A DNA stretch of 64,000 nucleotides from Camelus ferus (lineage: Eukaryota), in contig NC_045696.1 in the NCBI RefSeq assembly GCF_009834535.1, positions 119,414,001 to 119,478,000 on the forward strand, read 5' to 3'. Under the pieces are notes generated by a model. The model was not told the DNA's origin and searched no databases. It worked only from the letters and a program-made list of their open reading frames with translations. The position numbers and the translations under genes were made by a program. Below are positions 12,472 to 24,836 of this stretch, one piece after another; position 1 is the stretch's first letter, and every line of letters starts with the position of its first letter.

Positions 12472-13124
12472 AAGAGTAAATAGTAAGTCAAAGTTATATT
12501 CTACTAGAAGGCCAATGCCCCTGAGGCGGGCGTTCTGTTTGGCATCCTTTACGCTTTAGTTCTGACCTCTGGATGTTATCCTTCTTGAAGAGAGGAGCCA
12601 CTGAAGGGGGAGTCCGTGGTGATAGTAACCATCCCCACCAGTGACTTTGGAGCTGGGCAGCACTGCTACTTGGTTCCTTCGGGTTGAAGCAGTGAGGGGT
12701 ACAGAAGGCCAGTAAGGACAAAAAGAAAGTATGGATAATGACTGCCCTCCCACTGGAGATGGACCCAGCACCTGTAGGGTGAACGGAAGTGGAGCCCTGG
12801 GACTGGGCTAGAGGCCAGACCATCCCAAACCCCAAGGATTCTTTCTGAAGGCTGCCTGGCAAGGAACTTAAAAGCTCAGATGAGCTTGTTCACTTTATAT
12901 GTAAAGGGATTAAGCGATCCCTTCCTTCCAGAGTGGAGTTCTGCCTCAGGGTGTACTTTTGAGCCATTGAATGTAATGTTCCCCGTCATCACTGCCACCT
13001 CCTTATCCCCGACATCCCGTAGTCCCCAGAACCTCGGAGCCGAAGTGCCCACAGTCCCTCTGGCTTTGCTCTCTTCCCGGCAGAGCTTTGGCGGGAGCCT
13101 CTGGTTAAGGAAGAGGATTCCCGT

Positions 13125-13227
13125 TAGGGTGATGGGATTCCTGGGAACTTCCAGATTGGAAAACTGAAAAGTCCGAGAGCCCAAGAATCGCTCCGTCCCA
13201 GGCTAATTGGGACAGGTGGTCACCCTA
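13125..13227. mobile_element. hAT-Blackjack MITE (MER81-like)
   Basis: Inverted termini ttagggtga (13124-13132) and tcaccctaa (13220-13228), about 105 bp overall. Confidence 0.7.
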
Positions 13228-13596
13228 AGTCCAGCCCCACGTGTGTTCTGAGCAGCTTGGTGCTGCTGCTCCCACCCCTGGTGGTTCTTTTAACTGTTTC
13301 CTCTTGCATTCTCCCAGTTTTCATCTCTTGTTCTATCTCTGTTAAATTCTCTGCTGATTTACGAGGCTGAGGGGAGAGCTCAGGACTCATACAAATTCCT
13401 GTGGATTTCAGTCTGGAGCAGAAATGGATACACGTTTCGCATTTTTGTTTTCCAGCAAGGAGGTATGTGTGGAAGATTCCAAGAAGACGACCAACGGAGT
13501 GGAATGAGATGCTTGTTTTCATGGATCAGAAATGAATCACGTTGCCTTCTTTCAGTCATGACACAGAGTTCTGGAGTCTTGGGAAAGAAACAACAG

Positions 13597-13757
13597 GAGG
13601 AAGGGTGCAGCTCAGGGGTAGAGCTCATGCTTGGAATGCACGAGGTCCTGGGTTCAAGCCCCAGTACCTCCATTAAAAAAAAAAAAACCTAATTACTTCC
13701 CCCGCCAAAACAATTTAAAAAGAAAACAATTCTAAAATAATTTTAAAAATTAAAAAA
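13597..13757 (+). mobile_element. tRNA-Ala-derived camelid SINE (vic-1 type)
   Basis: tRNA-Ala-like head, then cctaattacttcccc and an A tail; TSD aaagaaacaacag at 13584-13596 and 13758-13770. Confidence 0.92.
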
Positions 13758-14574
13758 AAAGAAACAACAGAAAGAAAATGTTTTCTGGTAGAGATCTGTG
13801 GGAGGAATAAAGGCTCCTGAATGGAGAACTGAGATCAGGAGAGAGAGATGGACTGTGGCTGGACTCTTGAAAGACAATGAAGCGTCGTGCTGGTTTACAC
13901 CCAGGTGCTATTCATACCTGGTGCTGTTTCCAAACGCCCTCCAGGCATCCATCCTACTCCAGGTCTTCAGAAAAACAGGTGAATAGCGGGGTGAATGGAA
14001 GGGAGGCTGAAGGCAAATAAGGGGGTATTACGCCCAGCTCTGAAAATAAAACGTTATTGGCTCCAGTCTGAAACGGTCACTTTCCACCAAGATGGAATAT
14101 ATTACTCAGAAGAGAGAAACACCAGATATTATGCAGTCTGCCTTTGGGGAAAGAAAAAAAACCCACCCACCTCTTATAAAAACACTTTTGGGGGGATGAA
14201 GGATTTGATTTCAACAGATGAGTCATCACTGTGTTTTTTTTCTTACCACTTAGCCAAAAAAGTGAAGTTTTTAAAAAAGCATTTCTTGAAGCAAAATCTT
14301 CCATTGCTTGGGTTTCTCTTCTTGGAGAGAAAAGGCACCCACAGCACCGGAAGCTGTCCCGGTTTGCCTGAAAGATATTCTGGGACAAGACACGTGACTA
14401 TCAATTTCCAGGTTCATTATGAAAAAGCAGCCTCAAGATAATATTCATGATCTAGAAGGAAGACAAGGAAAATCAATTTTAAAACACAAATTTCATTAAA
14501 TAAAGAGCGTTTAAAAAAGACACAAGAGAGTCAGAGGCAAAGGAGCTGGAGAGAGCTGTGGGTGTGGTCAAAGA

Positions 14575-14685
14575 AGTGACCATCTGTCTCAGTCTAGCAA
14601 GGACAGTCCTAGCACACGCTTGAAAAGCACCTACTGTCACTCTCAGAACCATCTTGCTTTGGACAGTGGGTTATATGGTCACCCC
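14575..14685 (-). mobile_element. hAT-Blackjack MITE (MER94-like)
   Basis: Inverted termini gtgaccat...atggtcac; the reverse complement gggtgaccatataa...tgtccaaa...tgagagtga resembles MER94. Confidence 0.6.
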
Positions 14686-14689
14686 AGGG

Positions 14690-15175
14690 GGGGCGGCTTG
14701 AAACCAGGTCTTCAGATCCACAAGTCTGTGTCCCTTCCTCTTGAAAACCAGTGGGCTTTTGTGACTGCCTGGGTGAGCAGTGTTACCGCAGAGACACCAC
14801 CGGACTTCCAAGTCCAGGGTGGAAAACCTTCTCACGGTCTGTCTCTGGGAGCCGCCCTGTAAGGAGTCCCACTACCCGGGAGCTGCTTTTCGGAGGCACC
14901 ACGTGTAGAGACCCGAGGGCAGAGCCAGAGATGCCTGAGGAGCCCCCGGCGTTGGGGTCTTCCTGGTCAGGGCGCCAGACATACTAGTGAGGAAGGCTTC
15001 GCGATGACCCCAGCCCTAGCCATCATCTGACTGTAGCCCCATGAGACACCCTTTGGGAGAGCTGCCCAGCTGAGCCCAGGCGACTCTAGCACCATGGGAG
15101 AAAAAGCAAGAGACGATGCTCTTTTATGCCAAGAAGTTTGAAACGGTTTGCACCGCAGCAATAGATAACCCAGAT
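14690..15175 (+). mobile_element. MaLR LTR (MLT1G/H-like)
   Basis: tgtgtcccttcctcttgaa...gctgcccagctgagcccag...cagcaatagataacc. Confidence 0.65.
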
Positions 15176-15354
15176 GCTAAGAGTTAGGTTCAGAGTAGAT
15201 TCCTGATCTGTGCAACTTCATTAATGCATTTGTAAAAGATTTAACTATAATCATATAACAAAACAAACATCAACTCTCCTAGGTGGGAAGGTGTTGTCAA
15301 ACGCCGTAGAGGAAAATTGTTGGAAGACGAGGACGTTCAAACAGGCGAAGTGTG

Positions 15355-15690
15355 AGACTTAAGGCGTTGACAAGTGTTATTGCAAAACACTTAGCTATTA
15401 TTTTTGACAACACGTGGAAGACTGAGGTCCCAGAGAGGGAAAAAGCTACATCTTTTCAAAAGGAAACAACTTCTCAGGAAAGGAGAAAAGCAGAACAAAA
15501 TACAAAATTATCAATGTGTGAACACCAGGCAGAACTTAAGGTCTTGAGCAACCAGCTTGGCTGGAAGGAGATGGATTCAGGGCCAGGACCAGCTCACAGC
15601 CTCCAGGGAGGGTGACAGGCTGTGTGAACAATTGCAGAAAAATCAATGACTGTGTTTGGGCTTCTTGGGTGTTTGACTGCAGGTGAACGA
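15355..15690 (+). mobile_element. Ancient CR1/L3 LINE remnant, RT-proximal ORF2 segment
   Basis: Translation LKALTSVIAKHLAIIFDNTWKTEVPE...F resembles the CR1 motif LKELADVIAxPLxIIFExSWxxGEVPEDW; downstream EHQAELKVLSNQLG resembles KHLEEKKVIxxSQHG. Confidence 0.7.
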
Positions 15691-16016
15691 ATCAAATGCC
15701 TCTTCAAAGAACTGCATCAGAGAAGATGTGATACATGCCTCCTACCTCTGGGGGCGCAGCTCATACAACCTTGTGAACTGGAACCCCCCACTGCCACGTC
15801 TCTTCCACTGGTCATCCTTCTGTGTATCCCGGTCAGATCCTCTTCCTTCTTCTGGTTCAGTTTCTCGAGTGACTGCATCTCCAGTCTCCTTGGAGGTGAG
15901 AGAAGGGCAGACAGCAGTCACCAAGCTGGGGAGGGACACCTAGCCCACTGTTACGAACTGCCACCACGCACAGACCTTTCTTTCTAAATCCAATATTCCA
16001 TCTCTCCCATCTGCAG

Positions 16017-16346
16017 TGCAGTGGACCGAATGTATTTGCCCCTTGCAATTCATAAGTTGAAATCTTGACCCCCAGTGTGATGGTATTAGGAGGTGGGGGC
16101 TTTGAGAGGCGATTAGGATTGGTGTCCTTATATAAGGGACCCCAGATTGCTCTCCTGTCCTCTCTCTGCCATGGGAGGAGGCAACAAGGGGACAACAGCT
16201 GGTAACCCAGAAGACGGCTCTCACCGGAACCCGACTACAGTGGCCCCCGATCTCAGACTATCAGCCTCCAGAACTGTGAGAAATAAATGTCTGTTGTTTA
16301 TAAGCCACTCACTTCATATTTTGCTATAGCAATGTGAGCTAAGACA
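16017..16346 (+). mobile_element. MaLR solo LTR (MLT1A-like)
   Basis: tg...gaatgtatttgcccc...gtattaggaggtggggg...ccagaactgtgagaaataaatgtctgttgtttataagcc...ctaagaca. Confidence 0.88.
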
Positions 16347-16489
16347 GAGGCCAAATCTGTGTCCCTTCCAAATGCATTGTGTCCCCTCTTCCCTCTGTAA
16401 CGATGCCCTGAAACGCCCTACCATTCTCCCTCCCATGTGTCCCCTGTATCTAACTTTGGCACCTCTCCTCTCTCAAGAGTCAGTTCAGT

Positions 16490-16800
16490 ACAAATGAACT
16501 TATTTACAAAACAGAGACAGACTCACAGACATAGAAACAAACTTATGGTTACCAAGGGGCTAAGAGGGTGGGAAAAGATAAACTGGGAGTTCAGAATTTA
16601 CAGATACACGCTACCATGTATAAAATAGATAAATAACAATGTCCTACTGTATAGCACAGGGAACTATATTTAATAATCTGTAATAGCTTATAATGAAAAA
16701 GAATATGAAAAAGAATATATATATATTTATATATATATAACTGAAACCTTATGCTGTATCCCAGAAATTAACACAATGTGGTAAGCTTTTAAAGAAAATG
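16490..16800 (+). mobile_element. L1 3' UTR fragment
   Basis: caaatgaacttatttacaaaacagagacagactcacagacatag...tatagcacagggaactat. Confidence 0.9.
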
Positions 16801-16813
16801 TCAGGCCAGGCAC

Positions 16814-17265
16814 TGTAGTAGAGGCTGGTGGCCCCCTACCGGATCCCCGCTAGCTGGGCAGATACACACACACACCCCCCCCCCCACTGCTGTAAACACT
16901 GGCTTCTAACAGCCCAAAGCTACATCCTTCTTCAGAAACTCACCCTCTTCCAACCGGAGCCTCGTCTCGCAGAAAACTGTAGGAGGTTGGGCCCCTCCCG
17001 CCTCTGGGACTGTGACTGATGGGGAAGGAGTACAAAAGTCTGGCCTCTTTGGCTGAAAGAGGGACAACGCTGGTGTAACTCACAGTCTCCCCAAATACCC
17101 ACCGGGACTGGAGGCTAGACTTCAGCAGGAGCCACGCCGGAGTGTAGCTTCGTGCTGCTCTGTCTTACTCCCCTCACTTGCTGGCAGCCGTCTTCGGATC
17201 TCCCTCAGTAAATCCTTGGATAAGATTTCCCCTCCAAGGATCTGCTTTGACAGAACCCTACCCAA
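16814..17265 (+). mobile_element. ERVL LTR (LTR16-like)
   Basis: Starts tgtagtaga; ggagtacaaaagtctggcctctttgg...gggacaac; end ctccctcagtaaatc...tctgctttgacagaacc. Confidence 0.55.
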
Positions 17266-17953
17266 GCAGATGGCGTCTCTTCCGGGGAGACATTCCACTG
17301 CCTGACCATTTTCCAGCCGGACTGATTCAGGGGCCCCTCTTTGGGGCCCACAGCTCTTTCGCTGAGTCCTGGAATCACTGATTTACTCGTCAGCCTCCCT
17401 GAGACTAGCCTCCCTGGCAGCAGAAACCCGGACCTATTCATCCTCTCCACCCCTCGCTGCACCCGGGCCTAAAGCACATGCTCAGGAGAAGTTTGAGGAC
17501 TTGAACTCCTGGGGACCTTTCTGACACAGAACGTGTTCACAAAACATACAGAGGTGAGTAGATGAGCCTAATTTTGGCCTCCCCTGTTGGAAGACGGTTC
17601 AGGAACAAACACAGAGATGGTTATAGAGACAGGGTATGGGCCCTAGAATGTTGGTCACCACCACTGACAATGCTCTGTGGCCTGAGGTCTGGGTCAGTGA
17701 GCGGTGACCACACCAGCTACGTGCAAGGTACTGTGGAATAGTCCTCTTTTTATTGTGATACATGGGCCCTCTCTTCAGACAACTTCCAATCTAGTTTGGA
17801 AAAGTTGGTTATAAATATATGAAAGTAGGACATGAACCAGCTTCCAGCCACAGTGAGGAACAGGGAGAAACAGGCTTAAACCACAGTGGGAAGTTTGGGG
17901 AAATCTTTGAATCGACTTCCTGATTGTCGGGGCGGTGGGAGTCCCATCGGCAA

Positions 17954-18585
17954 TAACGAAGACTCCGTCTTTGACCAAACTTGAATTGGGCTCCACTTTG
18001 GTCTATAAGAACTGCAGGCTCTCGGCACAAATGATTTTGTCCACCTTCTACACTGAGAGACTTGAATAACATGGACACCTCAAGTCCACGTCCCCGGGAC
18101 AATGGCCCCAGTCCCCTTAAGCTCCTGCCTGAGAAATCACAACACTGCCAAGAGGATTTACTGTTTGTTCCCAAAACCTGACTATATGCCCTTGGCCCTG
18201 CTTTTCTTAGAAGCATTTACTTTAAAGAACTTCCCATTGTAAGTCCGTTCTCTGTCCTGCTGTAATGTCTCTCCCACAAGCCAGGAATGTCTTTCTCAAG
18301 AACCTGGGAGCTGTCGTTTGAAACATCATCAAGGAAGGTGGAACCCTGCCTCCCAGGCTCTACGGGAGGCGGGGGGGCCTGGCAAACAGCAAACTCAGGC
18401 GGCAACCACGTCCCATCAGCCCTCCCCCATTGCACTTGTCAGTACTTTTCCTTTAGCACAGCCCAGTGTTTAAAAGTCTTTTGTCTCAGGGTTGTTGAGC
18501 TGAGGTCGCTGCCCGAAGGCTGTAGGACTGAATAAAATCTGTCTTACCGCCTTTAACTGGTGTCCAGCTTTGTTTCTCTTGGACG
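17954..18585 (+). mobile_element. Solo ERV1 LTR (MER34/MER39/MER90 group)
   Basis: ctttgaccaaactt near the start; aagaacctgggagctgtcgtttgaaa core; AATAAA at 18531-18536; imperfect 4-bp TSD gcaa/gcac. Confidence 0.7.
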
Positions 18586-18839
18586 GCACCCAAGGGAAGC
18601 TGTGACTTCAACACGAGCAGAAAGTTTTGTTGAGAAGAGCAATGAAGTTCCACCTCAGAGGGTCTTGATTTTGTCCTGCAATTAAGCAGGAGGTGAACAA
18701 AGTGATCCTTCCAAGCCCTTCTGCTGGCCAGGTTGTCAGATCATTGGCACAACATCCCTTAGGAGCCCATGAGTATAAGAAAAGCATCCAGCAATGAATT
18801 AAGTCCCTGAAGTAAATAGAGAAGTCATCTCTATGGTAA

Positions 18840-18990
18840 GCAAGAACGAGCCGGGTCCTGATTCGGCTTCTCCTTTGCTGGTTGACTTTAGGTAGATTAC
18901 ATAACCTCTCTGAGACTTGGATTCCCCATTCTGTAAAAAGAAAGGGTTGCACTAGATGATGTTTAAGTTCCCTCCAGCCCTGATACGTTA
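18840..18990 (+). mobile_element. MIR SINE
   Basis: tgactttaggtagattacataacctctctgagacttggattccccattctgtaaaa (MIR core). Confidence 0.7.
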
Positions 18991-20628
18991 TGACTTCCAG
19001 AGTCCCCAAATTCCTGAATCAGCTAGGAAGTCCCTCCTGCCAGTCGCCCTTGATGCTTATGTTGAAACGCCTGTCATCTGTGTGTTAAGGTGGGAGAGAG
19101 GCTCTCTACCATGTGCCAAGAAATTGCTCTCACACCTCTTCCAGGGCCATATGCGGCCAGGATCCCCTGGGAAACCAAAAGCTCACATGGTTGCCAGAGA
19201 GCCTAACTTTGTGACTCAGAAATTGCCATCTGCTCAACAGCTTTTAATTGAAGCTCTAAGAAGCAGAAGCTGGCTGGGAAAATCTTGCAAGTTGATCCAA
19301 TAGGATTATCTTCCCCAAAAGAGGCTTTTCTATGTTTAATTAGTTGGAGGCCATTTTGTCACAGATGAATTTTTCGGATGTCAGTCCTTTGGGTGCCCTG
19401 CCCGCCCACCCCTAGCCACCTCCCCATGTTTGAGTCCCACAGATACTTTACTTATCGGCTGCCTCTGCCGTTTTCATTTTCCCCCTGGAAGCTACGCTGA
19501 CCATCGTAGGAGGCATCCCATATTACAGAAGCCTTATCCCCACCACTCAGGACACAGAGGAGTTATTTCAACCTGGATGGAGAAGCCCAGCGCAACCAGG
19601 TCTCAATTTTTCATAATCCGACTCTGTTACCATAGACTCAGGAATCACAAGGTCATGGTTGCTGATCTGCACTGAGTCATCAGGAAGGCATGAGCCTGAA
19701 AGGCAGCACTGACCAAAGGAAAACCCGGTCATTCCAGGGGCAGAGTGTTAACCACTTGTGCTGCAGGCTAGGGAGGACTTGCCGTGGCCAGGACCCGCTC
19801 TGTCCACTGCCAGCAAGAGATGGTTGAAGGGTTAGGTACCCAGAGTCAGGGGCTTCCTCCACCCTGGATTCAGATGGCTGCAGTTCCCCTTGTGTCCTCA
19901 GGGGGCGCAGTGGGAGACTCTGGCAGGACAAGATGGGTAGAATCAGGGAGGGGAGACAGAATTGGAACCTTGGTCAGGTGAGGCTGCTGCTGGGATCTAA
20001 GGGCAGATGGCAGGGCTGCTGGAGCCACAGAATGTGCCCAGAGTGAGAGGACGACCCTGGGGAATGGAAGCACAGCTCACTGGGGCTCGGAGAGCAACTT
20101 TGCAGCTCTTTGTCCCCCAGCAGTTGCAGTGAGTGAGAGACACTGCAGACCAAGAAACCCTCCTAGAGCACCAGTGGATTCTGGGCTGCCAGCCGAGGGA
20201 CGCTGGTCTGCTGTGCCACCCAGCTCTTGGTCCGAGGTTCACCTTGGCTAGAGAGCCCTCTCTCACTCAGCGAACTCCCCAGAAGGGAGACTGTGGGCCC
20301 ATCAGGCCATCACCAAACAGTACAGGAGCTGGGTGGTGGGGGTGGTTTAGAATAATTCCTGCAGAGGAAACCATTGTTCAGGGACGTGACCACATGGTGA
20401 GAGAGAATGCAGGCTGTGGGCTTTTTTTCTGACGAGCTGTAGAACTCTAGAACTACGGCCCTCTGAGCATCCCAGTTGTTTAGCAATGTCTAAGTCAGAG
20501 ACTACAAAGGAGCAGTCAGGAGGTTGAACACTGACCCCCAGCCAAGTTTTGTTTAGCTCTGTTTGACTATTTTTTTGAGTAAGTCACCAGCATTTTGAAA
20601 TTGGGGGATTAAAAATTCTGATTATCTT

Positions 20629-21186
20629 TGGAAGCAACCTAAATGTCCATTGACATAAAGAAGTTATGGTGTATTTATACAATGGAGTACTACTCAGCCA
20701 TAAAAAGGAATGAAATAATGCCATTTGCAGCAACATGGATGGACCTGGTGATTTTCATTCTAAGTGAAGTAAGCCAGAAAGAGAAAGAAAAATACCATAT
20801 GATATCACTTATATGTGGAATCTAAAAAAAAAAAAAAAAAAAAGACACAAATGAACTTACTTACAAAACAGAGACAGACTCACAGACATAGAAAACAAAC
20901 TTATGGTTACCAGGAGGGAAAGGAGGTGGGGAAGGGAAGGGATAAATTGGGAGTTCGAGATTTGCAGATACTAACTGCTATATATAAAATAGATAAACAA
21001 CAAAGACCTACTGCAGAGCACAGGGAACTATATTCAATATCCTGTAATAAACTATAATGAAAAGGAATATGAAAAGGAGTATATATGTGTGTATAAATGA
21101 ATCACTATGCTGTACAGCAGAAATTAACACAACATTGTATATCAACTATATTTCAATTTAAGAAAATGAATTTGGAAGTGTTAAAA
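20629..21186 (+). mobile_element. 5'-truncated L1 (ORF2 C-terminus plus 3' UTR), inserted into an older hAT-Charlie-like fragment
   Basis: ORF 20643-20825 encodes [21 protein letters not shown]...SLICGI; degenerate TSD aattctga(t/a)t(a/g)tct on both sides. Confidence 0.92.
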
Positions 21187-21744
21187 ACAATTCTGAATGT
21201 CTGGTGTCTCTTTGTGAAAAAAAGAAATGATCTGGTCAAGCTGGGCGGAACTGATCACACAGGCTGCCAGAAGCCTGGCATGGAACTGGGCATCCGTCCT
21301 CTTGTTTGCTTTGCTCCCCACCACTCCCTGAGGCCTGACACCCGGCCTTTTTGCCTGTCCATTTCACCTCCCGGGCCCTGTAGCGATCTGGATTGGTGAC
21401 CTAATACTCTGACAAAGGGTTTTAATCAATGATTCTTGAATATTAGCGTCAGAATCCTCCCCCCCCCCGCCCCCGGTGCTTGCCGGGGGCACTACCCCTC
21501 AGAGATCCTGTACATAAATGAGGTTCAGGATTTGCATGTTTAAGCCAGCAGCCCGCAGAGTTCTGGTGCCGGTGGTTTTATGACCATAGTGTAAGAAAAG
21601 CTGCCCTGCGACTGAGGTTCTTCCTACTGGCTACACATTTGAGTCCCCAGGAGAAGATTCTACGATATATTCGGCTTATCCACCCAAACAATTGAATCAG
21701 AAAACACTAGAGGCCTGGCCCAGTGTGGTTAGTAATTTCTTCAT

Positions 21745-22130
21745 TTATTTTTTAAAAATTCCAAAAATGCAGAAAATTTGAAAGAAGGGTTCATGGGACT
21801 CCTTTAAACCTCTTATCTAAATTTACTATTAATTAACATCTTGCCAAAGCCAAGCCATCTCTCTCATTACCTATGCGTGTACACACACTTCCCTGTAGCC
21901 AAACCATTCAAAACTAATCCTACACACAGACATTTCACCCCTAAATATTTCAGTGTGCCCCCCTTTAGAAAAAGGACGTTCTCCAACACAACCATACAGC
22001 ATTGCCAAGCCTGAGGACATCACTGTTTTCTGGCGATGAGATTCAGGTCAAGGCTTTCTGGCAAGAGCCACTCCCATAGGGGATTTTGTGTGATGTTCTG
22101 TACCTCCCATTACATCACAGCAGGAAGCAA
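21745..22130 (-). mobile_element. Old L1M (L1MC/ME-like) 3' fragment
   Basis: atttcacccctaaatatttcagtgtg...aaggacgttctcc...gagattcaggtcaagg. Confidence 0.55.
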
Positions 22131-22137
22131 AAGATGC

Positions 22138-22305
22138 AGTAGTTCACAAACCTGAGTGCGCACCTGGAGAGCTTGTTAGAACCTAGACTGCTGGGCCCAC
22201 CCTTGCAGTTTGGGGTCCGTGACGGGACCTGAGCATTGTGTTTCTCGCAAGTTTCCAGGTGATTCTGATGCTGCCAGCCTCGGGGCCACACCTGGAGACC
22301 CACCA
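22138..22305. mobile_element. hAT-Charlie MITE (MER5A-like)
   Basis: cagtagttcacaaacctgagtgcgcacctggagagcttgtt...ccaggtgattctgatgctg. Confidence 0.75.
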
Positions 22306-22778
22306 ACCTGACGGCAAGCCATCCCCCTCATGGGCAAGAGGGAGCTGCGGGCATGGAGAAGCTCTGCTGGTCTGGCCCTTCACCACTCAAATAAAACCAT
22401 CATTGCCCGGGACCTCTCAAGGAAGGGGGACTCTCAGGCCCTGCCTAGACCTCCCACCCCCGAAGCTGCATTTTAACAACATCCACCCTGACCCATGCAT
22501 GCACTGAACTCTGAGCAGCACTGCTCTGGAGCATCTAGGAGCTTGTCCCACGCCTCACCTGGCTGCACTGGTGGCTCCGCATGCGGGGCACCGGCGTGGG
22601 TGGCTTGGCACCCAGAGGTCTGTGCGAGCCTGTGACGGTGGGTAACTGGGTGGGTTGCTGCTTCCAGGCCACAGTACCAGCCCTGGAGGGAGCAGAAGAG
22701 AAACACAACCTTTCAGTTCCCTCTGGCCAGCTCCCCCACCCCCGCTTCAGCCTTCCAAAGTCTTTAAGAAACTGCTGG

Positions 22779-23319
22779 ATGCAGAAAACAAACTTATGGT
22801 TACCAAAGGGGAAAGGAGTGGGGGATAAATTAGGAGTTTGGGATTAACAGACACACATTGCTATATATAAAACAGATAACCAACAAGGGCCTACTATAGA
22901 GCACAGGGAACTCTGTTCCATATCTTATAATAACCTCTAATGGAAAAGAATCTGAAAAAGAATAGATTTATATATGCATAACTGAAACACTGTGCTGTAC
23001 CCCTCAAACATTGTCAATCAACTACACTTCAATTTAAAAAATTTTAAGATGTGAATTACTATATTATACACCTGTAACATAAATAATATTGCACATCAAC
23101 TAACTTCAATTAATGTAATAAATATATATAAATAATACATATATAAGCTATAGCTACTGGTTATTCTGTAAGGTTATCATAAAAAACAGATTGGAACTCA
23201 ATCTTGAAAAAAATTTTAAGATAAATAATATTAAATACAATATTATATATATGTTTTTACAATATGATATTAATTACAAAAAAATTCAGAGAACAAAGTA
23301 AATTATAACAGAAAAAAAG
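22779..23319 (+). mobile_element. L1 3' end with a second, nested L1-derived insertion in its tail
   Basis: Outer TSD aagaaactgc(t/c)gg at 22766-22778 and 23320-23332; inner TSD aaaaaattttaagat at 23036-23050 and 23208-23222. Confidence 0.85.
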
Positions 23320-24836
23320 AAGAAACTGCCGGCTTCAGTCCTGTCCCTGAGTTTAGTGCCTTGTGTTCCCTGCTCCTCTGGCGTGGGCATCCTCCTCGCT
23401 CTTGGCTTTGGAGCTCACTGTTTCTGAGCAGGCAGCATTCTGCTAAGCCCTGAGGGTATACTGGTGACTGAAACAAGTTCCTACCTCAGGGGGGCCTGCA
23501 CTCTGGTTCCTTCTTTCCCGACCAGCCACTTGCCCGGTGTCGTTACGTCCCCACGTCACGGTCCCTGTGGGATGGCCTGTTGTACCCACTGCAGAGTTGA
23601 GGTGGACAAAGAGCTCATGTGACCTTCTTTCTCTTTCCAGTGTAGACCTAACTTTTAGGGACTGGGGCTACTGGAGGCCATCTACCAGCTATCATCAAAT
23701 AGTCACTCAGTAAACATTGACACTCGGCCTTCAGTTGCCCTGGAGGGGACCGATGTGATTCCTGGCCTTCAATGACCTACAACACGGAGGAGAAGATGAG
23801 GTACTTCTGGAAAAGGAAGTAATACCAGCGAGAGTGTGCACTGAGGCATTTGTGAGATTTCAGGCTGGAGAGAAATCACTTCCTGCTAAGGGACTAAGGA
23901 AGGCTTCATGGAGAAGGTGACATTTGGGAAGAAGCAGACGACATCTTCGGGGTCAGGTAACATCATCGGATGGCTTGATTCTGCTCTGAGACGGGCCCAG
24001 GAGCTGCTCCGTTTCAGACCATGTTTACTGCAGCCCCACTTCCACACCCCGGGCGCCAAGGAGAAGGCAATGTATTTTGCTCATTAAGAGTTTTACAAGC
24101 CTGAGTGGTGGGACGTGGGTTGTAAAAGGTTCTAACTAATTCCATGCTGCAATGGAAATCATTTCAGCATGTGGGAGGAGGAGAACGGGTGGGTAATGAC
24201 GTGACGACTGGGGACGGGAAACGGCCAGAAGAACGGGTCCGCACTTGATGCAGCCGGCAGAGAGCAGGTCACTCGGGAAGAAGAGCAGACGGTTGGGCCA
24301 GGGCGATTCCTAAGCCAGCGTGGAGCTGGCAGGCCGTTGTCCTGGGGGCAGTTACGTCGCTAACTCCTATCAGGGCCCTCGGGGGCCTCTGCAGGCTGGT
24401 TGCTCTGACAGAGTCTCCGTCCCCAACTTCCAAGTCGGGACAGCATCACACGCCAGCCAGCCACGTAGTGTCAGTCCAGCTGCAAGTGATCAGCTTTTCC
24501 AAAGGAGAGTCTATGGAAGCCGTGTGGGCCCTTTTGGGAGGAGAGGCCCAGGGGAGGGGAGATGAGATGTGGTCAGAAAGGAGATGTAGGTGAGAGGGCA
24601 GGAGAAGTGCAAAGAAGGGGAGAAAGAAGAGTAAAAATAAGGGAAGAAAAGGGCTCTGTGGAGCAAGGGGTGGGGAAGAACCTTCCGTCAGGTACATATA
24701 CCCTCACACCAGGCAGCAGGTACCTTCCAAAATGCTGCAGGCTCCCCATGCTGCAGTCCAGGTCCATTTATGTCTTTCCTCTGGCTCTGGCTCTTCTTGG
24801 ACACACCATTGACTTTTTAGACTGGACCACGGTTTT

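Noticed and set aside
13355..13364. TGATTTACGA PBX/HOX-like site, and scattered GAS (TTCNNNGAA) and AP-1 (TGAGTCA) matches elsewhere
   Set aside because: Short isolated motifs are expected by chance in 64 kb; no convincing clustering
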